DNA of 64,000 nt from Nitrososphaerales archaeon (GCA_965197925.1 CBDAOC010000014.1:2271-66270); one strand, 5' to 3'. Shown: positions 8,970 to 20,092, numbered from the stretch's first letter. Program-made: numbers and translations. Notes: a model not told the origin generated them from the sequence alone.

Positions 8970-10901
8970 CTATGAGGCAGTTCTTAAAATCAGCAAATTA
9001 GGATTCATCTCTATCTCCATGCGAGTTTCTATGATCTGGATAAACGAATCTGGAGACCCTGAATATCTGTGCGTAGCGAATATGAAATCATCTACTCTTG
9101 CATCCCATAATGCAGAAAGAGTGTATGATCTTTCTTCCGCAGGTCCGATGCCTGGCAAAGAGTTTCCTCCGACTACCAGAGGATTTAATGTTCCTCTCTT
9201 ACACCATATTCTTATACCATTCCATGCTCCTATAGCACCATCAGTGGCTTGATTTCTTAAATCTACACCAGCAAGTATGCGAGCGCTACCATTTTGCTTC
9301 ATAGTAATACCTTCCTTGAAGTCAAAATTGGCATACGTGTCTATATCTGCACCTTGCGGGTTTCTTGTAGTTGTTGTATTGCTGAAAGTGTCTAAACTAT
9401 GATGTTGTGGAGTATCATTCGTCTGATATAAAGTATAGTTTCTCGTTCCCTGAGAAAAATATGGTCTGTTTCCAAATCCTACATTGCTATCTGAGTGATG
9501 ATTAACATATCTTCTTGTAGGTATACTTTGGACAACAAACTCTCCATTACCGCTCCTATGCAGAGTTATCCTTACTGTAGCGACTTCGCTTGGGTATAAC
9601 ACTGCAAGCAGATCGCCTACAACATAAATATCTAAATGATGAGATGCAGATCTATTGTGTATAGTCCATAGCGTATCAGTTTCTGGAGATCTGACATGAA
9701 ACTCTGCTTCTCTAAACTTCAAAGCACCGAAAGTGGTCTCAGTCGTGCCGAAATGCAGAGTATCATAAGGAGATGTGAAATCTGGAACATACTTACTATT
9801 TCCAGGCGCACTTACTAAATTGAAAAAATGGATAGTTTCGCCTGCACCTTGTTGAATAGGAACGTAAACTATAGTCCCATCTGGATTTACGACTTTTTTC
9901 CAAAACTTTCCGCTCTCATAAGTTATTCCAGCTCCGTCAGGAAATACGATACCCTTTGTTAGCGTTCTAACATCAAGCGCACCAAAAGTAGGCTCTTGGG
10001 TTACTTCTTCTCCTGTTTCTATGTCTATTCTAATATCTTCAAAGTATCCAGAAAGAGCGTCAGGGTCAATCTCTGCTCCAGACGACCTTGTGAAAAATAC
10101 ACGCCAAAGATAGACATAATGTGTTCCGCCTATAGGGGAAGCTACAGTGCTTAAATCATCAAAACTTAAGACTACATCAGAAGTGCTATCTCCATCAACT
10201 TGGCGAACAGTGATTGTTCTGTTATCAAAAGATGCGTCTGCTGAAGCATCTGTTCCAAAATCTGTTTGGACAAGCGGTTGCTTTGTTCGTAGCCATGCAA
10301 GGAATGCTTTTACCTCTGCGTATTCGTCTAAATCGTCTGGTTCAACTTGTTCTTCTAAAGGTATTGTTAGAGAAAATACTATCTTAGATCCAGACTGGAA
10401 CGACTCAAAACGCTCAAGACTTACTCCTGTGTTAGCTTCGTTTGACATACGCCTCATCGGCTCTATGCCTTGCACTTGTGTTTTGAGAAGTCCGCTACTG
10501 GATACTACACGGGTTTTTTCTCCTCTGGAGAAGTCCCCATCATCTTCTAAAGATTGTATGTAGTTTTCCCAGCCATTAGCATCTAACGGATTCCAGAAAC
10601 CAAACTTTGCGAGAGATTCTGGAGTGTCTCCATGAATCCAATCTCTTATTCTTACAGGGGCAGCATTTCCGTCATCGTCAATAAATCCGCCATGTTCTGC
10701 GTAATGCTCTCTCAAAACAGTCAAAACAGCAAGTTGTGCAGAATCGTCAACGTCCCCAGTTCTTGGAAAATAGACTTGCACATTATCATCTGTATTATCT
10801 ACATATGCAGTAACACTTGAAATACTCGGATCGTTATGATTGTAATTGATAGACACATTACTATAACGAGTTGTTGAGTCTATAGTTGTTAATCTTGCCA
10901 T
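8970..10901 (-). CDS. Putative tail/fibre-associated structural protein
   Basis: Beta-rich 643-aa ORF directly downstream of the giant fibre gene. Confidence 0.5.
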   Translation of the reverse strand: MARLTTIDSTTRYSNVSINYNHNDPSISSVTAYVDNTDDNVQVYFPRTGDVDDSAQLAVLTVLREHYAEHGGFIDDDGNAAPVRIRDWIHGDTPESLAKFGFWNPLDANGWENYIQSLEDDGDFSRGEKTRVVSSSGLLKTQVQGIEPMRRMSNEANTGVSLERFESFQSGSKIVFSLTIPLEEQVEPDDLDEYAEVKAFLAWLRTKQPLVQTDFGTDASADASFDNRTITVRQVDGDSTSDVVLSFDDLSTVASPIGGTHYVYLWRVFFTRSSGAEIDPDALSGYFEDIRIDIETGEEVTQEPTFGALDVRTLTKGIVFPDGAGITYESGKFWKKVVNPDGTIVYVPIQQGAGETIHFFNLVSAPGNSKYVPDFTSPYDTLHFGTTETTFGALKFREAEFHVRSPETDTLWTIHNRSASHHLDIYVVGDLLAVLYPSEVATVRITLHRSGNGEFVVQSIPTRRYVNHHSDSNVGFGNRPYFSQGTRNYTLYQTNDTPQHHSLDTFSNTTTTRNPQGADIDTYANFDFKEGITMKQNGSARILAGVDLRNQATDGAIGAWNGIRIWCKRGTLNPLVVGGNSLPGIGPAEERSYTLSALWDARVDDFIFATHRYSGSPDSFIQIIETRMEIEMNPNLLILRTAS

Positions 10902-10903
10902 TT

Positions 10904-13900
10904 TTACTCCTCAACCATCATAAATCCTTGAATTCCTGATTCTTCGGTGCCATCAAATCGCAATAATTGTATAGAAAACTGCTGCGTTCCATCTGAAGTC
11001 AAAGATTTATACTCCAGATGCACAGTATTCCCTATTGCTGACGCTGCTGGTTCGTCTTCATCTGTAACTATCTCGTCTTCCGCTGTTGAGCTTGATGTGG
11101 ATTCTTGAAGTAAAATATCATCTGTTCCAGATTGAACTCTCACAAGCCTTGCTATAAAATCTTCATCGTCATCAGCTCTTGTATGTGCTTGGAATTGTAT
11201 ATCTACTGTTCCGTTTACAGTGAAAAATTGATTATCTTCAAACGTTTCTCCTGTTCTAACAATATCTGCGTTTGCGTTTACATCGCCAGATGCTACCATA
11301 GAAACTATATTACCTATTCCGCCATGCTTTTCTTCTCTTTGTGTCGGATCAAACCTGAATCTTCTATTTCCTGCTCCAAGTTCAAAAGCCGCTGCGATTT
11401 GCCCGATTCTCTCTGTTTGATTATGTCCCCAGTAGAAAGTCCGTCCAGGCTTGTCTTTGATATAGGCAGGCCTATTCTCGTCTTGTTCGCTCCAGCTACT
11501 CTGTGGATCGTGTTCCTGATCAAAAGTTACCACTACTGTTTCGTTATTCGTGAAAATGCCACTATGCGTATCACGTGTAACTGTCAATGTAGCATCATCT
11601 CCAGACTCTGTCACAGAATCCAGAGTATACCTACTTCTCGCACCAGAAGTTAGGCCGTGCATATTTATTTCTGCACCGACTGGGAGATCTCCAAGCCATT
11701 CATCATCTATGTCATTATGAATGTTTAGATTTATAGTTGTAGCGTCAAACCTAATATCTCCACGTTGCAGAGTTCCTGCACCAACTATGTTTCGTCTACG
11801 GATAGTGTGTCGGATACGCTCCGTTACGAAGTCTAATACTTGTTCTTCTGTCATTCCGCCTGCAGCACCACGTGAGAAGAAAAGCTTACTTCCTGCAACG
11901 ATTGTGAAAATAGGTGTGCTACTACCTGTTAGACTTGGAATCCTTTCAACTGCCAGCTTGATAGTCGTGTTATCTTCTGGGATAATAAGATGCCCTGATG
12001 CAGTAAAATGTTCACCTGTGCCTGTAGCTCTAAAATATGTTGCATCTATTCTTACTATAGGTTCATCTGTTCCTATTGTGTCTCCGCTACGATAAACCGC
12101 TAATCTTGGAATAGCTCGTGCAACAGAAACATCCATTGTGCCTATCCAGTCTATATCATATACGTCTGCTCTAAGGACATTGATTACACTTTGTCCACCT
12201 GTTACTGATAAGATATTTGCTACGCCTTCTCCAAACTCAACAGCAATTGGGCTTGTTGCCGCCGAAAAAAGCTCTGCATCATTTACTGTAGAAGAAATTG
12301 CACCTGAACTTTGCAAAGTAACGCTTTCTGATCTTGCTCTCGGTAGAACTTGTAAATCAGTTCCAATACCAAATGCAAGTTTTGCTGCTGTGACAGATCC
12401 ATCACGATACTTTGCAGTTGTTAGAGAGTCATCAGGAACTCCTCCAATAACTTCTAATACCCATCTGTCATTTGATCCAACTGTAGTAAACTTAAAAACA
12501 TCGCCTATGTTAGCAGAAGTAACAAACTGTGATGCTGTATTATTTACAGTATTAGTAAGACCAGTTGCAGCTGCATCAAAAATATGTATATCGCCTAATG
12601 AAGGAGATGCTGGGAAAGCCGCACCTGTCGTAAGGGTTGTTCCTCCAAGATTAACGCTACTTGCGAACTTTTCTTGAGTAATAGACCCATCGGAATAATG
12701 GCGATTTTCTATCGCATTCGTTTCAATCTTACTTGGAGTAACAGCATCTGGAGCAAGATGTGCAGGGATAATAACACCAGCGTCAATCTTATCTCCGTTA
12801 ATTGCACTATTTGCTACTTTAGCTCTCGTTATAGACCCATCAGGTATTTCAAATGGAGGTCTAACATTCGTTCTCCATCTATCAACAGTATCATCATAGA
12901 ATGCTATAACCAGTTTGCCTACAGTTATCTCTCCTCCAGTGAATGCAGTATCATCGTTTCTTCGTGCAACTGTCGTTGAAAGTGTATTAACACCTATAGC
13001 CACAGCTCCAGTGTTAGCGTTCTCTGCTATAAATGCTACTTCTAAACCATCTTCGTAAGTTTGAACTCCAGGTATAGTAAGAGTTACAGAGTTTGTCCCT
13101 GCTATAAGTGCTGGATCGCTGATGAAGTGTATCTGCTCTCCGATACGCTCATCTTGCAGTGATGATAAATCTTCTGTTAACGGATCAAGTCCGCCTGATC
13201 TCATGAGCGTTAAAACTCTTGTAGTAGTATTAAATGCTACTCCAGTAACAACTCCGTCAGTCGTGCCTGGAGTTGACGGTAATGTTAGCTGTGTTGTGCC
13301 TCCATCTTCATGAGTAAAGGTCAAAACAGTCCCAGATAAAGATGCAGCTATAATAGTTTCCTGTTGTTCAGCTGCAGTAAATCCAAGCAATGTTCTTATT
13401 TCTGATGCAGTTTGATCTGCAGTTGCTCCAGTTTCTATACCTGCTAATTTATTATAGAGATTAGAAGGCATTAAACCTGCATTAGAAGGCCCAGCAAACT
13501 GTGTATTAGGCACATCCAGTTTTTGCTGTATAGCAGCTTGTTCATTAACAGATAGAGCTTGATCCAAATTACCGAGATCGTCATCTGCCTTACCAGATAT
13601 ATCCTGCCGAACATAGATATTACTACGCCACGTATTACTGCTTGCTTGGTAAAATGCTATGACTAATCTTCCTATTGCTATTGCGTTCTGAGTCAATATA
13701 TTCCCGTTTATATCTCTTATACTTCTAAAAGGCAAGGTATTAACTCGTAGAGTCATAGCACCTGAGTTTGATGTTTCTGCTACAAACGACACACCCATTC
13801 CGTCTCCATAAGCAGTAACTCCATCTATTACCCCTGTTAACGCATTAACACCTGAAAGACTGCCAGGCGGAATATACTCTATAGATCGCTCATCTGCAAA

Positions 13901-16900
13901 CTCATCTACTAAATCAGATAAATCAACAGTTAGTGGAGTCAGAGTTCCAGATCGTGTAAGTGTGAGAACATTAGTAGCTGCATCATAAGTCGCATCAGTT
14001 ACAAGTCCGTCTGCTCCACTCGGCAAGGTTATCGGTATAGTTGATCCGTCTTCCTGTGTGAACGTCAATATACCTGCAGCTAATACTGCATTTATGAGAG
14101 TGTCGCTTTGTTCTGCAACTGTGAAACTTAATAGAGTTCTTATCTCTGCTTCAGTGCTAACACCTGTTGATCCTGCTTCAAGCACTTCTGACCAAGTCGG
14201 TCTTTCATAAGCAGGGACTTCGGCAACAGACCGAGTAAATGCAGTTACTTCGTCTATTGTGCCGTAGTTAGGAGCAGTATAACTACTAACATATCTTAGT
14301 TGATTGTTATTAGTATCAAAATATACAAGTGGAGATCCAGAATTGTATGAAATACTCCCGTCTGCTATCGCTTGATAAATCTCTGCTATGGTATATTCGT
14401 AGTCTTGTTCATAAGGTCCGTCACCTGTTCTACCTGCCCAAGTATATCCTACAGAAGGAAAGAATATGTCTAAAATGACATTACTTGCAGCGATAAGCCA
14501 GATTTTATTTCCACCAGATGTTGCAACATACTGTAGTTGACGTGTAGTAGTATTATACCACCAATCGTGGACATCTAAGCCATCAGCATTTGGTCTTTCA
14601 GCAGATGTTCCTTCTCCTTGAAAACTTGATGATTGTGAACTTGTAAATCTTGGAGAAGTCCCAGTAGGAATTGTAGCGTTTATCTGGTTATGGAAAAAAT
14701 AAGTATTAGCAGCATTGTAGTTGCCTGCCATGTCCAGATAGGATTCAACGTCATCAGGTTCGTCAAGATTTTCTGTTCCTGCTAATCCGTTGTCTCCTAA
14801 AAACAAAACACTATCACTATTCAATACCCAGTCTATATCTACATCTTCCCAGTTGTTTGCTAACTGATAATCGCCTCTATAGAGTGTTCCATTTGAATTA
14901 TAGTAGTAATACTCTAAAGACGCATCTGGAGGGTTAGCCACAAAATAATCTCCAAGAGTAGACAGAGTCATTACATTTTCAGAACCAGTCTCACCATGAG
15001 TTGGTCCTAACCATCTCCTGTTAGTCCCAAAGAACTCTTGGAAAGTCAACGCATTTGTTCCGCCCAACTGTCTAAATACAGAATCAGGATCGTCCCAATA
15101 CTTAATACTATCAGAATCTGTCTCATAATAAAAAGCATCTACAACATCTGCGTTTCCAGTTATAGCAGCAAAAGTGCCAGCAAAAACTCCGAAGTATGTC
15201 TTACCATTTATTGTTGTTCCTACTCCGATAGTATCATTTACAGCTCTATCTATTGGTATGACTCCGCCAGCATCTAATTTCCTAAATCTGTTAGTCATAG
15301 TATTGTAATATACTATAGCAACAGAAGAAGATGTAGTCGCAGGGTCTCTACCACTTGGATTCTGATAAGAATATCCCGTGCGTATAGAGCTAAGAATCTC
15401 ATGCGTCAAAGACGCAGGAACTGCAGGGACAGCAGCCACTGTTTGAGACAAGATTTTCCAAGCAGTATTGTCTGATGCTCTGAAATGGACTTTATCTTGT
15501 ATATCAAAACTGGCATCGGGTAGTGCTAATCTATGATAATCAAAATCTCCGCCTTCTAATGCCTCTTCCCAAATAGGCATTTCATATGACGGAACTTCAG
15601 GAACTGTCGGAGTAAACGAGTCTACTTCGTGTATTCTACCATACGCAGGATATGTGTAATCTGTGATATATCTCAACTGATTGTGAGTTGTATCAAAGTA
15701 TACAATAGGGGAGTTTGGGTCATATTCTATATTCCCATCTGCTATAGCTTGGAATAACTCTGCAGACGTATATTCATTTAATTCAACTATGCTTATATCA
15801 CTTTCGCCTACCCATGTATAACCTACAGATGGGAAGAACAGATCAAGTTGAGTAGAAGTAAGAGGTATATTCCATGCACCTGATATAACTACCTCAAGTT
15901 CATGGGAAGTCGTATTATATCCCCAATCGTGTTCACTTAGAGCAGAAGCATCTGGTCTTGTAGTGCTTGTATGCTCACCTTGATAGCTTGATGACTGCGT
16001 GCTTGTAAATCTCGCAACAGTTCCACTTTGGTCAGATCTATTCGTGTCATTATGAAAAATATAAGTCTTGGTAGGATCGTAATTATCTTCTGTGTCTAAA
16101 TATGTTTCAACTTCATCAGGTAAGTCTATGTCTCCTGTTCCTTCAAGTCCATTTATACCTAAGAACACAGCGTTTGGATCATTCAATATCCAGTCTATAT
16201 CTACATCTTCCCAAAAGTTTGCAGGAAGCCATGTTGATACATTGAATTCTGAAGTAACTGTATTATACCAGTAATATCTTCTTGCCGTATTTCCATTATT
16301 ATTATCAAAATAGTCATCAAGGTCTGATGGCGAATGAACTGACTGTAGCCAGATAAAGTTAGATCCGAAATAGCTGGGGAAGTTAAGAGCTCCTACTCCT
16401 CCAACTTGTCTGAACGTGTTATCAACATCATCCCAGTAATGTAGTTGATTAAGGCTTATATGATAAAACCATTGATCTGCTGCATTAGCACCAGCGTTTA
16501 GTGCGGCTTGTTGATTCTGGAAACTACCTGCAAAGGTTCTTCCATTAACAACAGTATTAGTAGTGAGTTCATTGGTATCAGTGCCTTGAAAAGCACTAAA
16601 TGCTCCAGCATCTAACTTCCTAAATCTATTTCTCGTAGTATTGAAAAAGATATATCCTGTAGTAGCAACAGTCGGGATAGGATCTCTGTTAGATGGATTG
16701 AGAAAGTTATACCCTGTTCTTATCCCAGAGTTAAGCTGAGAGTGCGTGAATACAGCAGGGACTTCAGGAACAGCAGGAACAGTCTGTGATCCTATTTTCC
16801 ACGCAGTATCATCAGACGATCTATAGTGAACTTTGTCTTGAAGTGAAAAAGCAGCATCAGGCAAATCATCGCGATAGTCAAAATCGCCTGCTCCGCTTCC

Positions 16901-16933
16901 TCCTCTTGGTAAAAATGCTTGTCTATATGTCAT
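10904..16933 (-). CDS. Large tail fibre / adhesin (2009 aa) with internal duplications
   Basis: Fibre motifs KLAGIETGATADQTASEI and DGSITRAKVANSAI/DGSVTAAKLA; duplicated ~450-aa N-terminal module. Confidence 0.75.
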   Translation of the reverse strand: MTYRQAFLPRGGSGAGDFDYRDDLPDAAFSLQDKVHYRSSDDTAWKIGSQTVPAVPEVPAVFTHSQLNSGIRTGYNFLNPSNRDPIPTVATTGYIFFNTTRNRFRKLDAGAFSAFQGTDTNELTTNTVVNGRTFAGSFQNQQAALNAGANAADQWFYHISLNQLHYWDDVDNTFRQVGGVGALNFPSYFGSNFIWLQSVHSPSDLDDYFDNNNGNTARRYYWYNTVTSEFNVSTWLPANFWEDVDIDWILNDPNAVFLGINGLEGTGDIDLPDEVETYLDTEDNYDPTKTYIFHNDTNRSDQSGTVARFTSTQSSSYQGEHTSTTRPDASALSEHDWGYNTTSHELEVVISGAWNIPLTSTQLDLFFPSVGYTWVGESDISIVELNEYTSAELFQAIADGNIEYDPNSPIVYFDTTHNQLRYITDYTYPAYGRIHEVDSFTPTVPEVPSYEMPIWEEALEGGDFDYHRLALPDASFDIQDKVHFRASDNTAWKILSQTVAAVPAVPASLTHEILSSIRTGYSYQNPSGRDPATTSSSVAIVYYNTMTNRFRKLDAGGVIPIDRAVNDTIGVGTTINGKTYFGVFAGTFAAITGNADVVDAFYYETDSDSIKYWDDPDSVFRQLGGTNALTFQEFFGTNRRWLGPTHGETGSENVMTLSTLGDYFVANPPDASLEYYYYNSNGTLYRGDYQLANNWEDVDIDWVLNSDSVLFLGDNGLAGTENLDEPDDVESYLDMAGNYNAANTYFFHNQINATIPTGTSPRFTSSQSSSFQGEGTSAERPNADGLDVHDWWYNTTTRQLQYVATSGGNKIWLIAASNVILDIFFPSVGYTWAGRTGDGPYEQDYEYTIAEIYQAIADGSISYNSGSPLVYFDTNNNQLRYVSSYTAPNYGTIDEVTAFTRSVAEVPAYERPTWSEVLEAGSTGVSTEAEIRTLLSFTVAEQSDTLINAVLAAGILTFTQEDGSTIPITLPSGADGLVTDATYDAATNVLTLTRSGTLTPLTVDLSDLVDEFADERSIEYIPPGSLSGVNALTGVIDGVTAYGDGMGVSFVAETSNSGAMTLRVNTLPFRSIRDINGNILTQNAIAIGRLVIAFYQASSNTWRSNIYVRQDISGKADDDLGNLDQALSVNEQAAIQQKLDVPNTQFAGPSNAGLMPSNLYNKLAGIETGATADQTASEIRTLLGFTAAEQQETIIAASLSGTVLTFTHEDGGTTQLTLPSTPGTTDGVVTGVAFNTTTRVLTLMRSGGLDPLTEDLSSLQDERIGEQIHFISDPALIAGTNSVTLTIPGVQTYEDGLEVAFIAENANTGAVAIGVNTLSTTVARRNDDTAFTGGEITVGKLVIAFYDDTVDRWRTNVRPPFEIPDGSITRAKVANSAINGDKIDAGVIIPAHLAPDAVTPSKIETNAIENRHYSDGSITQEKFASSVNLGGTTLTTGAAFPASPSLGDIHIFDAAATGLTNTVNNTASQFVTSANIGDVFKFTTVGSNDRWVLEVIGGVPDDSLTTAKYRDGSVTAAKLAFGIGTDLQVLPRARSESVTLQSSGAISSTVNDAELFSAATSPIAVEFGEGVANILSVTGGQSVINVLRADVYDIDWIGTMDVSVARAIPRLAVYRSGDTIGTDEPIVRIDATYFRATGTGEHFTASGHLIIPEDNTTIKLAVERIPSLTGSSTPIFTIVAGSKLFFSRGAAGGMTEEQVLDFVTERIRHTIRRRNIVGAGTLQRGDIRFDATTINLNIHNDIDDEWLGDLPVGAEINMHGLTSGARSRYTLDSVTESGDDATLTVTRDTHSGIFTNNETVVVTFDQEHDPQSSWSEQDENRPAYIKDKPGRTFYWGHNQTERIGQIAAAFELGAGNRRFRFDPTQREEKHGGIGNIVSMVASGDVNANADIVRTGETFEDNQFFTVNGTVDIQFQAHTRADDDEDFIARLVRVQSGTDDILLQESTSSSTAEDEIVTDEDEPAASAIGNTVHLEYKSLTSDGTQQFSIQLLRFDGTEESGIQGFMMVEE

Positions 16934-17242
16934 TTATCTTGCTCTTGGATCAATAGTATTATCAACAAGGTTATTCAACCACATCCATACACCTGAAGTA
17001 GAAGCTACAACTCTGTATATCCGACCTCTAACAAGATACCTTTGCAGTGAGCTTTCTGAAGAAAATGTATGCAAAGTCTTCCAAACAGTCTCTTCACCTG
17101 GAATAGGAGATCGGATATCAAGATTCACCGTTAATCCAGTTGGCCACGCAGCTCCCATAGGAGCTGCAGTCTCAAATTCATGAAGACCTTCTCCATAAAC
17201 TTTATCATTTGATTCTTGATCTGATTTCAATATCTGTGGCAT
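16934..17242 (-). CDS. Hypothetical virion-associated protein
   Basis: Abuts the fibre gene with no gap. Confidence 0.55.
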   Translation of the reverse strand: MPQILKSDQESNDKVYGEGLHEFETAAPMGAAWPTGLTVNLDIRSPIPGEETVWKTLHTFSSESSLQRYLVRGRIYRVVASTSGVWMWLNNLVDNTIDPRAR

Positions 17243-17887
17243 CTAATGATTCTCCGAACTGTGACCTTCTTCTATCTGGGATTTATATCCATCAACCTCA
17301 GCTTGTAATATACGAATATGCTCTTCTTTGTCTTCAACAATGTTTTCAGCTACGGTAAGCTTATTCTGAAGAATAGTAGCATTACGTTTAGATAAAGCTG
17401 TTTCTTTCCTAAGCTTATCAAGTTGAGCTAAGTCTTGAATATCAACCATTTGCTGGTCATACAAATCTTTCAATTCTGAATATGATTCATCAGATCTTCT
17501 TAATTTATCCTCATAAATCCTAATCTTTACACCAGATTGCCCGTTCAATCTCTTTGTTTCACCTAATTCTTTGTGGAGGCTTTCATTTCGCTCTCTCGCC
17601 TGTTCTACATTATCAGCTAAGCCCTGTTCAATTTTGATTCTCGCTTCATTCGTAGCATCATACTTAGCTGATATTATACCATACCCATTTGAAAACTCTG
17701 TGAATAGAAACCTTACACGAGATTCAGTCTCGCTATATCCAGTGAAAAAAATCTTTATACGCTCAATAATACCTATTTTTCTATTAAAGCTTCCAATATC
17801 TTGGTCACCAGAGAAAGGAGGCTTCCATTCTCCGTCCATGCTACGACTTTTAACTTCTTTATCTTTCAACAATTTACCTTCACTCAT
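17243..17887 (-). CDS. Coiled-coil protein
   Basis: Heptad-rich C-terminal two thirds; AAGGAG RBS. Confidence 0.6.
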   Translation of the reverse strand: MSEGKLLKDKEVKSRSMDGEWKPPFSGDQDIGSFNRKIGIIERIKIFFTGYSETESRVRFLFTEFSNGYGIISAKYDATNEARIKIEQGLADNVEQARERNESLHKELGETKRLNGQSGVKIRIYEDKLRRSDESYSELKDLYDQQMVDIQDLAQLDKLRKETALSKRNATILQNKLTVAENIVEDKEEHIRILQAEVDGYKSQIEEGHSSENH

Positions 17888-17948
17888 AATAGACTCCTTA
17901 TTATGAAATCAAATTCATCGGTTGTGAAAATTGATACGACATAACCAT

Positions 17949-17977
17949 ATTATACAACAAATCAAAAATAATGTCAA
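17949..17977 (-). promoter_or_regulatory. Consensus sigma70-type promoter for the fibre operon
   Basis: TTGACA-N17-TATAAT; shares TTTGACATTATTTTT with the 5044-5072 promoter. Confidence 0.8.
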
Positions 17978-17983
17978 ATCATG

Positions 17984-19468
17984 TCAAGCGCTTGCGTATC
18001 CTGCCGACTGCGCGTTAAATGCAGGCGTGTGTATAGGGTAATAATCATTCTCATGCTCTGTTCCCATAATGTAATATCTCATACTATCCATTCCATGATC
18101 TCCATATTCTATAGGGTATTCATCTTTCTGTGTAAACGTTCTTTGATCTTCTCTGCGATATGCATACACACCCAGCTCATCTCTCAAGCATTTAGGATGC
18201 CCAAAAAGGTTTTGATCTTCACCTTCTTTTTCAAATCTTGTCAAAGCAAACTTGTTAAACTTTAGAGTCCCAGATTCCAAATGATTCTTTACAGCATCAA
18301 TACCTGGAAGAACATCTTTTTCAGCAAGGTTTACTGGAAAGCCTTGGCGCATCATCTCATCATTGTGCTCTGCGTTATGATCACAAAACATATTTTCAAC
18401 TTCAGGAATATTCCACTGCCCTCTAACAGTATGTATTCTTTCAATAAACTCTTGCAATCTTATTTTACTTCTGTATATCTCTTTGAAATGATAGTGAACT
18501 CCATTAGGGTCTAATGCCCAGAAGTTACATGAATACGGGCGGGAATGCCCATAGTCAACAGATACATTCCACCTTGTATCAGAAGAAAACTGATCTGTAT
18601 TTGGTATTTCAACATCATGTAACTCTGAAAGATACATATCATACACGACACCTTCTTGAGCACACCACAAACCAAGATATCCTCTTTTATACCTTGTTCC
18701 TTTCATTCGCTGAAGCTTTGATATCTCCAATTCACCTTTTTCCGTCCAGCATTCATTATCTCTATCCCAGTATTCAGGATTCTCTTTATGAGTCATCTTA
18801 TATCTGAATATATGCGGGGAGTTATTAAGGAAGTGCTGCTCAAAACTTGGATTGACATCACCAAACACTTGAGTTCTCTGTCCGCTACGAGTTCTTCTTG
18901 ATACGAGTTCCCAGTGACTTTCGGTAAACTCTTCTGCTTGAGGTATGCCCATCGCATGAAACTCTGTAGATAAGAAGTCGTCTGGGTGATTCATTCCCAA
19001 AACATCTACACGAGATCCATTACGATATAAAAACCTTTGTGGGTTCTCACCGCCATAACCTATTACATAATTAGTCTTGCTAAGCGTTGGATTGTATCCA
19101 AGTATCTTATAGTATGTTGGTATAATAGAACCTTTAACAGACTCTTTTGTAAGTCGCAGAAAACCACATCTACTTCCAGGCTCGCTGAGGCATTTCCAAT
19201 GTATCTTGAAAGCAAGTATCTGTGATTTTCCAACAGCAAATGGGCCTTCAACAAAAGACTCATCAGATGCATCACGAATAAAATCCCAGCCTGGAGTCCC
19301 TTCTGCAGGAAAGAAGAATCCTCTGATGTCTCCAGCATCATTAAAATGACCTTTGAGCCACCTTGCAGGGTATACTCTATCCTCTATAGGATCAGGACTC
19401 GTCAATCCCGCTATCTGCTGTTGCAATTCGTCTGTTAGTATTGACGATTTCGGCTTCTTGCTCATCAT
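17984..19468 (-). CDS. terL: Terminase large subunit
   Basis: Walker A GPFAVGKS, coupling motif GDVNP, nuclease VSVDYG and DHGMDSMRY. Confidence 0.9.
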   Translation of the reverse strand: MMSKKPKSSILTDELQQQIAGLTSPDPIEDRVYPARWLKGHFNDAGDIRGFFFPAEGTPGWDFIRDASDESFVEGPFAVGKSQILAFKIHWKCLSEPGSRCGFLRLTKESVKGSIIPTYYKILGYNPTLSKTNYVIGYGGENPQRFLYRNGSRVDVLGMNHPDDFLSTEFHAMGIPQAEEFTESHWELVSRRTRSGQRTQVFGDVNPSFEQHFLNNSPHIFRYKMTHKENPEYWDRDNECWTEKGELEISKLQRMKGTRYKRGYLGLWCAQEGVVYDMYLSELHDVEIPNTDQFSSDTRWNVSVDYGHSRPYSCNFWALDPNGVHYHFKEIYRSKIRLQEFIERIHTVRGQWNIPEVENMFCDHNAEHNDEMMRQGFPVNLAEKDVLPGIDAVKNHLESGTLKFNKFALTRFEKEGEDQNLFGHPKCLRDELGVYAYRREDQRTFTQKDEYPIEYGDHGMDSMRYYIMGTEHENDYYPIHTPAFNAQSAGYASA

Positions 19469-19946
19469 AGTTCATCAAAGCCTCTTTACCTTTTTGTATA
19501 GCTGTCCAAACATATTCCATAGCTTCGCGAGAATCAATGCCATAATATCTTTGAACAAACTTTAGGAACTCATCAGCATTAGCTATGTCTCTTCGTTTAG
19601 CGAAGTTCGGATTTGTTCTCTCAAGATACCAAGCACCAGAACGCCAGTCTTGATCAAGTATTACTTTTTCAAGTTGATGTATTTCAGCTCTTGCTACTTC
19701 CATTACGACTTTACTATAGAATACAGCAAGCAACTTCTCTTCTTCTGTGAAAAGATATTGACCTCCAGCCTTTTCCTCATACTTCAATACCCTTTCTATT
19801 AGTTCTTCAGATTCTTCATTCCATCTATTATATCTTCTTCTCGGCAATCCACAAGCATTACACAGCCTTGTAATATCACCACCACAAGATTTAGCATATC
19901 TTATTAAGTCCTGCATAACTACGTTCATACGATATATGCTTGCCAT
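19392..19946 (-). CDS. terS: Terminase small subunit
   Basis: N-terminal HTH (ITRLCNACGLPRRRYNRW) and DWRSGAWYLERTNP motif; directly upstream of terL. Confidence 0.75.
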   Translation of the reverse strand: MASIYRMNVVMQDLIRYAKSCGGDITRLCNACGLPRRRYNRWNEESEELIERVLKYEEKAGGQYLFTEEEKLLAVFYSKVVMEVARAEIHQLEKVILDQDWRSGAWYLERTNPNFAKRRDIANADEFLKFVQRYYGIDSREAMEYVWTAIQKGKEALMNYDEQEAEIVNTNRRIATADSGIDES

Positions 19947-19973
19947 AAAAACCTCCAAACTGAATTTATCATT

Positions 19974-20002
19974 ATTATACTTTAATTAACATTAAAAGTC
20001 AA
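19974..20002 (-). promoter_or_regulatory. terS promoter
   Basis: TTGACT-N17-TATAAT. Confidence 0.7.
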
Positions 20003-20014
20003 ATTGATTTGTGT

Positions 20015-20028
20015 GGCCCATTCGGGCC
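20015..20028. promoter_or_regulatory. GGCCC-N4-GGGCC palindrome (copy 1 of 5)
   Basis: GGCCCATTCGGGCC between divergent promoters. Confidence 0.65.
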
Positions 20029-20043
20029 GAAACACGGTTTAAT

Positions 20044-20072
20044 TTGACAATTTTTTGGTTTTATGTTAAAAT
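20044..20072 (+). promoter_or_regulatory. Promoter of the DNA-metabolism operon
   Basis: TTGACA-N17-TAAAAT with extended TG. Confidence 0.7.
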
Positions 20073-20092
20073 ATATTTAATCAAAATGAAAA

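Noticed and set aside
10904-16933. Diversity-generating retroelement target
   Set aside because: No reverse transcriptase and no near-identical TR/VR pair with adenine-specific differences was seen; the duplications are old and protein-level.
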